Part shown: in pieces, positions 10,043-20,005 of the stretch
How positions within the stretch are numbered: position 1 is the stretch's first letter
Layout of the letters: each line of letters begins with the position of its first letter
IMG/VR virus record: IMGVR_UViG_3300025411_000009
From: an uncultured virus (IMG/VR IMGVR_UViG_3300025411_000009)
Taxonomy: Duplodnaviria; Heunggongvirae; Uroviricota; Caudoviricetes
Strand: one strand, 5' to 3'
DNA: 64,000 bases
Position numbers and translations under genes: made by a program
Notes under the pieces: generated by a model
The model's database searches: none
What the model was told of the DNA's origin: nothing
The model's input: only the letters and a program-made list of their open reading frames with translations

Positions 10043-10927
10043 TTAATCTTCCATTGCTAAGTTCTCAAAATACTTCATATCATCATCATCTGAAATATCT
10101 GGTTCAATAGATGGTGCTGGTGTAGATTTAACTTGTTCTTTAATTTGTTCAACGGTTGTTTTAACTGCAACTGTTTCACCATTAAGACCTAACACCTTAT
10201 CTAACCTAGTTTTCAATGCATCATAAGATTTGAATTCAGATTCTTTTACTAAATCTTGTAAAGAATATTCTGATTTCCAGATTGTTTCTAACTTCTCATC
10301 ATTATCTGATAACGGTGATGCTGAATCAAATTCTGATTTATCATAGTTTTGGAAACCATCTACTTTACGAATCTTGAGTTTAAAGTTAGCACCTTTCCAT
10401 AAATCAAAAGGATTAATTGCTGTTTCATCTTCAAAGGCAGGATTCATAGCCTCTGTAATCTTATCAAAGATTTTTTTACCAAATCTGAATAACTTAATTT
10501 GGCCTTCATTCTCTGGATGTTTAGGATCAGATACGATATAAACATTAGCGATATAGTTTAACTTACGCTTTTGTTTACGAACCACATCTTTATTTGCTTC
10601 AATGCCAGAGTTCCATAGTGATGAATTATGTTCACAAACTGGACATTTTTGATTTGTTGTTGTAAGACAGTTATCAATGAACCAACCACCTGGTCCTTGG
10701 AAACCGTGTGAGAATACTTTTACCCAAGGCAAAGCATCTTCACCATCTTTTTCTGATGCAGGTAGAAAACGGATTGTTGCCATGCCGTTGCCTGCTTTAT
10801 CTACTTCAGGACGCCAGAAATTATCTTGCTTTTCTGAACCACCTTCTGTATTTGTATTGATTGCCTCGATAGCTTTTGATAGTTTATCAAGATTGCCTGA
10901 TTGGCGTTTTAGATTTGCAAAACTCAT
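10043..10927 (-). CDS. gp32: Single-stranded DNA binding protein gp32
   Basis: FWRPEVDKAGNGMATIRFLP, HGFQGPGGW, CPVCE, RFGKKIFDKI, acidic tail. Confidence 0.97.
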   Translation of the reverse strand: MSFANLKRQSGNLDKLSKAIEAINTNTEGGSEKQDNFWRPEVDKAGNGMATIRFLPASEKDGEDALPWVKVFSHGFQGPGGWFIDNCLTTTNQKCPVCEHNSSLWNSGIEANKDVVRKQKRKLNYIANVYIVSDPKHPENEGQIKLFRFGKKIFDKITEAMNPAFEDETAINPFDLWKGANFKLKIRKVDGFQNYDKSEFDSASPLSDNDEKLETIWKSEYSLQDLVKESEFKSYDALKTRLDKVLGLNGETVAVKTTVEQIKEQVKSTPAPSIEPDISDDDDMKYFENLAMED

Positions 10928-11001
10928 ATTATTACCTTTCATATAAACGGAATATTAACGGAATATAACTTCTTATCCACAAACTACTCATAACCATACT
11001 T

Positions 11002-11613
11002 CTATTTATCACTACTTCCAATCTTATCTTTCAGAATAGTTTTAAACTTTTTCTTATCATAAGATAGAAACGGTGAATACTTCTCACACTTCATACGGAA
11101 GTTTGGCCATATTATATCATCTTCAATTTTTTCATTCCACATAACAAAGAATTTCATAATATCATTTAATATAACCAAAGTTTCCAATGAAATGTCTTCC
11201 TGCATTGTTGCCTTAAGCAACATTGGATAATCACCAGATGACACAGAAAGAAGTTCATTAGGTGTTTTTACTTTATCCAACAATAACATTATATCATTCT
11301 CAAAGGTATATGTCAAGCTTTGAGTAATCTTTTGCCATCTTTTATAATTGTCTTCTGCTTCAGGTGTAAGCAGTTCTCTAGCCCAATTACCTTTACCTAC
11401 TATAAAATTAGAAACATAAAAGTTTTTCAATTCTTCTATTGAGTATTTTCTAGATAACTTATAGAAAGAAAATCTTTCTTTTTTGGTAGAGAATGTATTT
11501 TTGCTAACACTAGTCTTACCATGATATTTAAAATAATCATAGGAGTTTGATGTAAAGTGCAACTTCAATGCATTATATAGAGCATAGGCTGCAAAGCCGG
11601 TGCCATCGTTCAT
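11002..11613 (-). CDS. gp59: Helicase loader gp59
   Basis: ALKLHFTSNSYDYFKYHGK; ISLETLVIL; upstream of gp32. Confidence 0.9.
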   Translation of the reverse strand: MNDGTGFAAYALYNALKLHFTSNSYDYFKYHGKTSVSKNTFSTKKERFSFYKLSRKYSIEELKNFYVSNFIVGKGNWARELLTPEAEDNYKRWQKITQSLTYTFENDIMLLLDKVKTPNELLSVSSGDYPMLLKATMQEDISLETLVILNDIMKFFVMWNEKIEDDIIWPNFRMKCEKYSPFLSYDKKKFKTILKDKIGSSDK

Positions 11614-11831
11614 ATTGGTAATCTAGCGGTTTTCTTTAATAAGTTTAAATCTTCTGCTTCTGCTTTAATTTTTGCTTTGAGTGGTGGTGAAATGAGTGTT
11701 GCAGCCATTTCAACTTCTAATTGATTTTCTTTACAGTAATGACAGATAGCATCCATAACTGTTAGATTTTTTTCTGATGCAAACTTCTCAATCATAAAAC
11801 TAAATTCTTTTATCTCATCTTTTGTCGGCAT
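11610..11831 (-). CDS. gp33: Late transcription coactivator gp33
   Basis: MDAICHYCKENQLEVE..ATLISPPLKAKIKAEAEDLNLL. Confidence 0.9.
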   Translation of the reverse strand: MPTKDEIKEFSFMIEKFASEKNLTVMDAICHYCKENQLEVEMAATLISPPLKAKIKAEAEDLNLLKKTARLPI

Positions 11832-11988
11832 ATTCTCTCAACTTCATAATTAATGTATCTAATTCACTTTCATGTATACTAAAACCTTTAGTATTTCTTG
11901 GTGGTAAACCAGAGTCAGGCGAATTAAACTCTGTTCTTAAAACTTTTAGGTATTCGCCTGCGTATGGTTTAATTTCAAATTCTATCAT
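11815..11988 (-). CDS. Small hypothetical protein (57 aa)
   Basis: Manual ORF MIEFEIKPYAGEYLKV...; start overlaps the upstream stop. Confidence 0.6.
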   Translation of the reverse strand: MIEFEIKPYAGEYLKVLRTEFNSPDSGLPPRNTKGFSIHESELDTLIMKLREYADKR

Positions 11989-12518
11989 TATATACTTGCA
12001 TAAAATATGTGATGGCCAATCTTTGTAATAATGCCATGTTTATTCCAATGTGGATTAACATAGTCAGCATGATAAAACAAAGCATTTGATTTTTTAATCA
12101 TATCATGTGATGTTGGCTTTGTCAAGGCTATATGAGCAATATACTTCGCTTCTTGCCATGTATATTCATCTAATTTAGTATTTACTTTAAAGCATGTCCA
12201 TGTAAATTGACATACAGTTTCACCATAGGTTGTTTTCTTTTGATAAACAACACCACAGATGCTACTAGGGAATTCAGGTTCTTTGGTTCGGTTTAGCGTC
12301 ACTTGAGCAACTGCTAACTTACCTTCAAACGATTCATGGCCTGCCTCATAATAAATGTTTTTAGCAAGGCAATCCATTTCTTTAGTGTATTCACTTTCAA
12401 CTTGAATTGATTGTATTTCTCTACTTACTGATTTACTAAAACTTGGCATAGTATACATGAATATTGATAAACATAATACTATTACTACTGCTGATACTAC
12501 TGAATTATTCTTTCTCAA
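11988..12518 (-). CDS. Cell wall hydrolase, SleB family
   Basis: CLAKNIYYEAGHE..GKLAVAQVTLNR...ICGVVYQ...QFTW...YHADYVNPHW...IGHHIFY. Confidence 0.9.
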   Translation of the reverse strand: MRKNNSVVSAVVIVLCLSIFMYTMPSFSKSVSREIQSIQVESEYTKEMDCLAKNIYYEAGHESFEGKLAVAQVTLNRTKEPEFPSSICGVVYQKKTTYGETVCQFTWTCFKVNTKLDEYTWQEAKYIAHIALTKPTSHDMIKKSNALFYHADYVNPHWNKHGIITKIGHHIFYASI

Positions 12519-12588
12519 GATATTTCTCCTTTTTGAATAATGTTGGCGCCCATTAAAACAGGCGCCAAGATAATCTCCAATTACGATT

Positions 12589-12852
12589 TTACTTTTTGAT
12601 TTTTACTTCAGGTTGTGGAGTTTGTGAAACGAAATTATTAAGCACTTCTGCTTTTTTAATAATTGCATCTTCGGTTGGAAAATTAGGCAAATCTGGATGA
12701 TTTGGTGATGTTGTGCCGGCAATTTGTGCCGCCGCAACTTCAGTTTGCCATTGTTGTTGTAAGATATCCTTTTGTGAGTGAAAGTCATCTAACAACATAT
12801 CTTTTGCCATTTTTAATAGCTCAAGACGAATTTCATACGGGGTCATGCTCAT
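12589..12852 (-). CDS. Conserved T4-like phage hypothetical protein
   Basis: MSMTPYEIRLELLKMAKDML; AGGAG RBS; late promoter upstream. Confidence 0.75.
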   Translation of the reverse strand: MSMTPYEIRLELLKMAKDMLLDDFHSQKDILQQQWQTEVAAAQIAGTTSPNHPDLPNFPTEDAIIKKAEVLNNFVSQTPQPEVKIKK

Positions 12853-12884
12853 AGTATTTCTCCTTTTGTGTGTGTGTAAAAAAA

Positions 12885-12913
12885 TGGGAGATTTTATAGG
12901 TTCTCCCAAACCT
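12885..12913 (-). ncRNA. Putative H-type pseudoknot in 5' leader
   Basis: AGGTT-TGGGAG-AACCT-ATAAAAT-CTCCCA; two interleaved perfect stems. Confidence 0.6.
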
Positions 12914-12921
12914 TATATCTT

Positions 12922-12929
12922 TATTTATA
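12922..12929 (-). promoter_or_regulatory. Late promoter TATAAATA
   Basis: Exact T4 late consensus in an intergenic position. Confidence 0.7.
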
Positions 12930-13073
12930 TTACTTTGCAGCTTTTGGTGCAGGTTTTGCAGCAGATTTAACCGCGGGTGCTTTTGCAGGTTTAGCAGGAG
13001 CTTTATCAGCTGCTAAAGAAGCGAAAGTAGCGAAACCGAAAGCAATCATTAATGCTAATGCTAACTTTTTCAT
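12930..13073 (-). CDS. Small secreted Ala/Lys/Pro-rich peptide (47 aa)
   Basis: MKKLALALMIAFGFATFASLA-ADKAPAKPAKAPAVKSAAKPAPKAAK; AGGAG RBS; promoter TTGACA-17-TATAAT at 13101-13129. Confidence 0.75.
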   Translation of the reverse strand: MKKLALALMIAFGFATFASLAADKAPAKPAKAPAVKSAAKPAPKAAK

Positions 13074-13207
13074 ACCATTTCTCCTTTTTTATTATGAACC
13101 ATTATATAACACTTTCTCAAGTTTGTCAACCTTAATTTTTAGGTGGTACACCAGTTTTAGAAGGTATGGTTGGTGCAGGTTTTTGTGGTTTATTTGGTGT
13201 TGCCATA

Positions 13208-13672
13208 TTACTTAGCCTTTGGATCTACATATTTTTTATATGCATCAATCCAGTTTGTTGAAATTGCTTTTTGTGCATCTGCTTGTGATATTTTACCAGC
13301 ACACATTAAAGCGTGTAATTGATTTTCTAATTTATCTTTTTGATGAGCATTTTTATCACCATCAAATGGTTGAGGCCATAAATTAGCAACATCATTTGAA
13401 CCACCAAGTTCTAATGAGATAAGATGGTCAACTTCACAACCTTCTTTACCTGAGCAATAGCCTTCATGATTTTTTACATTATAATTAGCATATACTTGTT
13501 TCTTTGTTGCTTCGGTTACATTTCTAACTGTAGTTGTTGTAAATCCTTTAGCACAAATAACTGCTGCTGTTAATTTTGGATCAGGTTTACCTGGTGTTAC
13601 TTTTGCATTTGGTAAAATATCAGCGTGAGCAATGCCTGCTGATAATAATGCTACGAATAATAACTTTTTCAT
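13208..13672 (-). CDS. Secreted HNH-fold protein
   Basis: Signal peptide ending AHA; EVDHLISLELGGSNDVANLWPQ HNH-like motif. Confidence 0.7.
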   Translation of the reverse strand: MKKLLFVALLSAGIAHADILPNAKVTPGKPDPKLTAAVICAKGFTTTTVRNVTEATKKQVYANYNVKNHEGYCSGKEGCEVDHLISLELGGSNDVANLWPQPFDGDKNAHQKDKLENQLHALMCAGKISQADAQKAISTNWIDAYKKYVDPKAK

Positions 13673-14325
13673 ATTTTTCCTTTATAAAAATTAATTGCCT
13701 TCACAAGACCTTCTATATAGTCTTCCGTTTTTTGCTTGTAGATAAAAGGTCCACCATTTTCTACTGCCATGATAATGACCAAATTATTTATTGGTTCACC
13801 TATCAATTCTTCATACATTAAGGCATATGCTGCTGTTTGCCAAAAGTAATCTTGAATTTCTTCTAAATCTTTAACTCGTTTAGATGTTTTAAAGTCAATG
13901 ACTGATAAATCTAATTCAAAGTCAGCAATACAATCAACACGACCTGCTACACCTAACTTCTCTGACCATAATGCCTGTTCTTGATATCTAATGTTATCTA
14001 TACGATTGAGATATGGCTTAATAGATAAAAACATTTCTTGAGCATCAGGCATAATTTCACCTAATGGTTCATTATTAAGATATCTCTCGCATAGTGTATG
14101 AACATTGGTACCACGATTAGATGCTTTCTTTGATATAGCATTAGCAACATCATGACCAACCCTATCACGCCATCTCTGTATAGATTCTTTCTTTAAAGCA
14201 CCTAATACAGTTGTGATTGATGGTAACTTCTGACCATTAGGTGAGATATAAAATCTACCTTTAGATGTGGTTTCAGATTCTAAATTGGGTAATACTTTTG
14301 GCGGACAATAATTAAATGTTACCAT
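13669..14325 (-). CDS. PD-(D/E)XK exonuclease
   Basis: PSITTVL, RGTNVH, AGRVDCIA, IDFKTS, QTAAYA. Confidence 0.88.
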   Translation of the reverse strand: MVTFNYCPPKVLPNLESETTSKGRFYISPNGQKLPSITTVLGALKKESIQRWRDRVGHDVANAISKKASNRGTNVHTLCERYLNNEPLGEIMPDAQEMFLSIKPYLNRIDNIRYQEQALWSEKLGVAGRVDCIADFELDLSVIDFKTSKRVKDLEEIQDYFWQTAAYALMYEELIGEPINNLVIIMAVENGGPFIYKQKTEDYIEGLVKAINFYKGKI

Positions 14326-14594
14326 TCTCTAGGTGCTTTTGTTTTGTGACCATCTTTGATTGTGTTTTGACCAACTTGTTCTTTCATTCTACCAATAACA
14401 TACTTCTCAAATGTAGAATCAGCCTTACCTGTGCCAGGTGTATTTAATCTCATACCGTCAGATAGAATAGGTGTGCCTGAATGATGCCTAATGTGTGTAG
14501 GATTATCAATTAAGTATTGGTCTAATTCTGTATAAGACATTTTCTTTTCAAATATCTCATCTGTTTCTGTATTCTTAAACTCATAGTTGGGCAT
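14319..14594 (-). CDS. FmdB-like small regulatory protein
   Basis: MPNYEFKNTETDEIFEK N-terminus. Confidence 0.6.
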   Translation of the reverse strand: MPNYEFKNTETDEIFEKKMSYTELDQYLIDNPTHIRHHSGTPILSDGMRLNTPGTGKADSTFEKYVIGRMKEQVGQNTIKDGHKTKAPREW

Positions 14595-15144
14595 TATACC
14601 ACTCCGGAATTGGTCTAGAATTAATTTTTCCTTGCCATGAAGCAAGATGTGTTTTATTGTTTATATAGTAATTTCTGTAGGACGCCAAAGAATTTCCTGC
14701 TATCTTCACCGCATCAGGCATAGCTGGTGTTGGTTCGGTAAAGTTAGCATTAGGTATATTCTTTGGTGTGTTCCAAAATAACTTATCAACTAGTCCTATC
14801 TGTTCACACTTATGGACTTTACCATAACGATAGGTATATTCTTTACATAGTTCTTTGAGTAGTTTACTTAACCAGATATAGTTTGAATTACTATGGCGAC
14901 ACCAGATAGCGGATGGATGGTTGATGTGTGTTGCTGAATACAAAATAGTTTCACGGTCATCAGATAGAATCCAACGCTTAACATTACGATTAGTTTTTGA
15001 TTTTACAGTTACTTCTTGGCCATCTAATACACGGTGGGCCGTGGATAAAAGCTGGGAATATTCTAAAATCATTTTTATACAATGTTTATCGTTGTGCATT
15101 TGCGCACAAACGGTTTCGTCTTTATCTAGGTAAAATATATTCAT
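14581..15144 (-). CDS. Pyrimidine dimer DNA glycosylase-like (DenV family)
   Basis: MNIFYLD...DKHCIKMILEYSQLLSTAH...THINHPSAIW; promoter at 15152-15180. Confidence 0.8.
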   Translation of the reverse strand: MNIFYLDKDETVCAQMHNDKHCIKMILEYSQLLSTAHRVLDGQEVTVKSKTNRNVKRWILSDDRETILYSATHINHPSAIWCRHSNSNYIWLSKLLKELCKEYTYRYGKVHKCEQIGLVDKLFWNTPKNIPNANFTEPTPAMPDAVKIAGNSLASYRNYYINNKTHLASWQGKINSRPIPEWYNAQL

Positions 15145-15182
15145 AATGTAAAGGATAACACAATACTGCTGTTATGTCAAGT

Positions 15183-15485
15183 TTATTTTCTAGCAAAAAT
15201 ATGTTTAATCTTTTCCCAAAGTGTTCTTTCTTCAGCAAGTAATTTATCTCCTGCTGTGTTTAATTCACCTTGTAATGTATTAACATTCTTTTTGAGAGCA
15301 TTAACGATGGTAAGCAATTCTTTATGTTTTACTAATTCATTATTAATATAACCAACAATATCATTAGAAACATTAGATAGTCCTGCATGAAATGCTGGTG
15401 CTTCTGGTGCAGCTGGTGCTGGTGTAGCTTCAGGTGCTGGTGTTGCTGTCACTTCAGGTGTTGCTTGTTGAATATCATCTGCCAT
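15183..15485 (-). CDS. Hypothetical protein
   Basis: AGGAG RBS; Pro/Ala-rich N-terminus and coiled coil. Confidence 0.65.
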   Translation of the reverse strand: MADDIQQATPEVTATPAPEATPAPAAPEAPAFHAGLSNVSNDIVGYINNELVKHKELLTIVNALKKNVNTLQGELNTAGDKLLAEERTLWEKIKHIFARK

Positions 15486-15503
15486 AATTTTCTCCTTAAT
15501 TAA

Positions 15504-16823
15504 TTAATATTTCCAATCTTTACAATAACCAAGTTTGTGTAATTTTTTCAATGCATCATCACATTTATCACCGATATCGGTTCTATGATGTTCATCGTTA
15601 CCAAACTTAACTTTATCGACAATATCATAAGCTTTATCTTTTGCCTCTGATACTGTATCACCTACTCCTGTGCAAACAACAATATAACTACCTGCTGTTC
15701 CCCATTCATAGGCTTCTTCATCTAACACACCATCGACCATTTTAACTGTCTTTGATAGTTTCACTTCACAAGGATGAATAAATTTATAATCATCACCTTC
15801 TGCTTTCTCTGTTAAAACAGGGAAGTCTAGGTATGATTCTTCTTCGTTTTTGTTGTGTGGGAAATCTGAATTTGCCATTACAACACCAACACAAGTTTTA
15901 AAATCCACTTCTAATGTGTTTTTACCTTTAACACAATCTAAAATCCATTCTGCTGGGTCACCTTTATGTAAAGGTTGTTGAATATTCCACATAGGATATC
16001 CAGGTCTTGCTGTCCATTCCATTGGCCATGGTGTACCATCTTTCTCATCAATGATACAATTCATATCTAGCATACCAACATAACCAATCTTGTGTAAGGT
16101 GTCTGCCATTGGTTTGAGTAGCATATCTGCTAGTTTAGATTGTTTGGTGTAACGGATAACTGTTCCCATCTCTCCTGTGTTTACACCAAGGTCTTTGTTC
16201 ATATGTTTCTTATGTTCAAAACCTTCTGCAAAGAATGGCATCCAACCTGCTGGGCCAAATATACCAGTCACACATAGTTCAATACCAGGTCTAAATTCTT
16301 GTAGAATAAACTTACCGGTACCGCCACCTTTTTCTTTATGTTTCATTAAGAAACCAATCATATCTGCCTCATCTTTGGCAACATATGATAATGTCTTGTC
16401 TTCTTCTTCACCTATTGGTTTAGAAACCCAACGACCACCATGTTCTTTTACGAATTGAATGGCTGCATCATAATTACTGAATGGGTGTGATGGTATAACT
16501 TTACCACCAAAGTCTTCAATTACTTTTTGACCATACATACGGTCTAATTCTAGTTTAGCTGCTCGTTTACCTGGTCCAAATATAGGATAACCTTTCTTAA
16601 TATACTCATCAATTTCATCCATCATTTCGAGGTTATCTGATGAGAATATCAAATCGGCAACATCCATATACTTGCGCCAATTGGTAATCTTGTCTACAAG
16701 GCCTTCACCTATATGGGAAGACCTTGAGCCTTTGGTATACAATTTGACTGTGTGTCCGGCAGCAACACAGCGTAAGCACCAGTCTAAAGTTAATGCTGGT
16801 GGATCAAGAACGAGAATAAGCAT
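15504..16823 (-). CDS. PurD (GAR synthetase)-like ATP-grasp ligase
   Basis: IFGPGKRAAKLE, FILQEF, EHKK...GVNTGEMG, MEWTARPGYP, HHRTDIG. Confidence 0.8.
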   Translation of the reverse strand: MLILVLDPPALTLDWCLRCVAAGHTVKLYTKGSRSSHIGEGLVDKITNWRKYMDVADLIFSSDNLEMMDEIDEYIKKGYPIFGPGKRAAKLELDRMYGQKVIEDFGGKVIPSHPFSNYDAAIQFVKEHGGRWVSKPIGEEEDKTLSYVAKDEADMIGFLMKHKEKGGGTGKFILQEFRPGIELCVTGIFGPAGWMPFFAEGFEHKKHMNKDLGVNTGEMGTVIRYTKQSKLADMLLKPMADTLHKIGYVGMLDMNCIIDEKDGTPWPMEWTARPGYPMWNIQQPLHKGDPAEWILDCVKGKNTLEVDFKTCVGVVMANSDFPHNKNEEESYLDFPVLTEKAEGDDYKFIHPCEVKLSKTVKMVDGVLDEEAYEWGTAGSYIVVCTGVGDTVSEAKDKAYDIVDKVKFGNDEHHRTDIGDKCDDALKKLHKLGYCKDWKY

Positions 16824-16865
16824 TTAAATTCCTAAGGTATGAGTTAATTTACCTTATTATTTAGT

Positions 16866-19671
16866 TTATTCCAATGTGCCTGCTTGTGCTTTTAAACTCT
16901 TAATTCTCTTTGCAATATCTTCTGATGATACAGTTTGCATTGCGAATTGTTTGAATTGGTCGTAAGAATCTCTGACCTTGATTGATGTTTTGCCGCCTAC
17001 AGCAGCTGAATCAGAAATGAATAATGCACAACCACCATCACGGAGTGGAGCAATCTCAATCACTTCATCTAAATTTAAAATTACTTTACAATTTTTCTCA
17101 ACTGATTCTACTTCAATAAATAACGCCATTTTACTCTCCTTCAGGTTTAATAATATCTTTAAGTTTAACGAATTTCATTTTTGCTGCTGACATCTCAGCT
17201 GACATCATCATCTTTTTCCAAATTGCTCTTTTCTCACCTTTAAGACTTGATAGTAACCTTTTGGTAGATTTTGACATATTATAATTTGAACCCATTATCT
17301 TCCTCTTGTTTCTGTTTTATCACAATCAGATAACCTGACCAATAAAACATCTGTTGTATTTAGTGGCTTGACAAAATAACATTCATTATTGACCGACCAT
17401 ACTAAATGATTTTGAATACCTTTTTCAAAGGTGCCATTGAAACCACCTTTAGGTATTAAATAATAAGCTATATTTAAAAGAATAATTGCAAGAAATATTC
17501 CAATAATTAACAAGTTCGATGCAATCCATCTTGATACATTTTTAACTGTTGTTACCATTATAATACTCCATACTTATATGAACCATACAGTATAACACCA
17601 ATAATAGATAATGTCAATACAATATAACCCAATCTTACCGACTTCATACGATAATATTCAACTTCAAATTCAATCATTTCTTTTTGTGCTTGAAGCATAT
17701 CATTCATTGTGCCTCTTGTATAATCATCAGCATACATTCTAATGGTTTCATTTTGAAGCGCAAGATGTTTTTTCGCCTGTAGATAACGATAAAAAGAAAG
17801 CATTATTTAACCAATTCTGTATGTTTATGCTGTAAACTTTTACGCAAGATTTTGAACCAAAGTTTTTTTTCTTTTTTGGTATTGTGTCTAACACAAGCAC
17901 GATACATTTTTCTAATTAATTTTTTAACTTTCATAGAATAACCTTTTCCAACTTACATGACGGCAAACTTCTTGTTTTGCTTTTGCCAAAGAATCAAACT
18001 TATTACCCATAATATATATCGATTTTGGGCCATAGACCAAAATATCACCAATCATTGTTTCAAATCGATATCTAGTTTTACCTTTGCTATCAACTTCTTT
18101 AGTTTTACAATGATAATTATCTACAATACCACCAAAGATTAAAGTTTCCCTTAACTCGTCTGATACTATCTTGCGCATAAAGGCATTATTCATTAGTGCA
18201 CCACATGAAGATGAGGTTTTTGTTTTCTGATATCAGGTAATGATTGAATAGTTTCAATTGCTTTAGATAAAAGCATTGATGCTTCTTTTTCACAACCTGC
18301 AGCTTCAGCAAACATAACTATTCTTGCTGTAATGATAGCAATAACATTTAAAGCATTATCAATCTCATGTTTATCAATCATATCAGCTATAAAGGTATCG
18401 ATATCAATTGAAATAGTATTCAATTGTTCATCTGTTAAATTATTCAGCATCTTCATCTTCCATTGCTGATACAAAAACCGATACTGCTAATAATAAAGCA
18501 CCTAAGCCTATACGCCAATCAGCTAAAAAGATTAAAATAAATCCAATCAATGCTGCTAATAACGGTAAAAATTTAATTTTGATTACTTCCATAATATTCT
18601 CCTAATAATTTCTTGAGTAACCATTATTGGTTATCATTTTTGCTTCAATAACTGCTTCGTAAATACCATCAGCACACAATGGGATTATTTTATTTTGAAG
18701 TGGTAACATAAAACATTTTACCACATCATCATAATAAATTAAACTTTCTATATCAATATTTTCCATAATTTCCTCACTTTAACATACCATTATAACACAT
18801 CTGGACCAAAAGTCAAGCACTATTTTAGCTCGTGGAATCGTCTAGGACGATTAATTTACCAATACCGACATATTCATCTACGGCATGCTTTAATTGTGTC
18901 TTGGAAGTGCTTGGAAGAACAAATGTATACTCAAATTTTGCGTCCACACCCTTGTCCGTTAGTGTTTCATTGAGATACTTTACCGCTTGGTAAGCATCAT
19001 CAAATTCTTTTCTACCATTATTATTATTCAGGTTCGGTTTAGCGATATATTTCATTATTGTGCTTTCTTATATGCTGCTGCAATTAGTTTATGAACGGTT
19101 GCAATTGGTTCTTTAACCATCCAACCTTGTTGTGTTGTTGAATAGATGTTGGTTACGGTTTCAACTTTCTTTGTGCCAACCACAACATCAGTTTCAAACA
19201 CGGTTAGAATGTGATTCACATTGACCAAAAGAATTTTGCCTTTGTGTTCTGGTGCTGCATTGGTTAATTTAATAATCATTTTTTATCTTTCTTTTGTTGT
19301 TTAAGAATTTCTTTAAGTTCTTTAGGTGATTCTAATCCTGTTGGGACATAAGGAGAATCATAATTGTTTACATCACCTTTTTTTACAAAATCAGTTGGTT
19401 TCATACCTTCAAATGGTTTCCAATCAGATGCTAACCATTCTTTACAACCTTGTTCATACTTACTGAACAACTTTTCAAATCTTATTCGATATGATGTGCT
19501 CAAAGCATACAATGTTGTTATTGCTTGGTCTTCATTGATTTCACCATCATGTAAATTATTGGCAAGCTCTTCAACTTCATCGACCAGATTCCAACATTTT
19601 AAAATGTTTTGTTCTAAATCATACATATCAAACGGTTCTTTACTTTTTGCCATACATTTTCTCCAATTCAA
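16866..19671 (-). other. Run of small co-oriented hypothetical ORFs (16866-17129, 17131-17295, 17295-17558, 17558-17803, 17803-17934, 17924-18193, 18193-18474, 18825-19055, 19055-19279, 19276-19671)
   Basis: Abutting or overlapping starts and stops; several with hydrophobic segments; promoter at 18789-18816. Confidence 0.7.
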
Positions 19672-19939
19672 TTAATCTTTTTGCTTTTGCATAGATGACA
19701 GGGTGTCGGTGATTAAGGTGTGCGCCTGTTGTACCAGACCAATCTCTAAACTCCCAATCAAAGTAACCTATCTTCTTGCAATCTGGATTATCATTCTGTA
19801 ATTTCTCTAACTCATTAGCCCAATCTTGCCATTGATGGTCTGATATTACAGGAGAATCCAATTCATAATAAAGGCAGGAGTGAAGCAACATCTGTCCTCT
19901 CCTGCGTCTAATTAACTCTTTAATGCTATCGCTTGTCAT
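19640..19939 (-). CDS. Stand-alone NAD-dependent DNA ligase N-terminal (domain Ia)-like protein
   Basis: LLHSCLYYELDSPVISDHQWQDWANELEKLQ resembles LigA H..YY..D.P.I.D.EYD. Confidence 0.65.
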   Translation of the reverse strand: MTSDSIKELIRRRRGQMLLHSCLYYELDSPVISDHQWQDWANELEKLQNDNPDCKKIGYFDWEFRDWSGTTGAHLNHRHPVIYAKAKRLIELEKMYGKK

Positions 19940-20005
19940 TGAAATAATCACAATCAATATAAGCTGCAATCAATAGCAATACGATAAAACCGATAAGGAA
20001 AAACA

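Noticed and set aside
10928..11001. T4 gene 32-type autoregulatory pseudoknot in the gp32 leader
   Set aside because: Only an ATATTCCGTT duplication is visible; I could not build convincing interleaved stems
12543..12568. TTGGCGCC/GGCGCCAA hairpin as a terminator
   Set aside because: The stem is real but has no U tract on the coding strand; function cannot be supported
13669..14325. Cas4 as evidence of a CRISPR system
   Set aside because: Common T4-like exonuclease lacking the Cas4 Cys cluster; no array nearby
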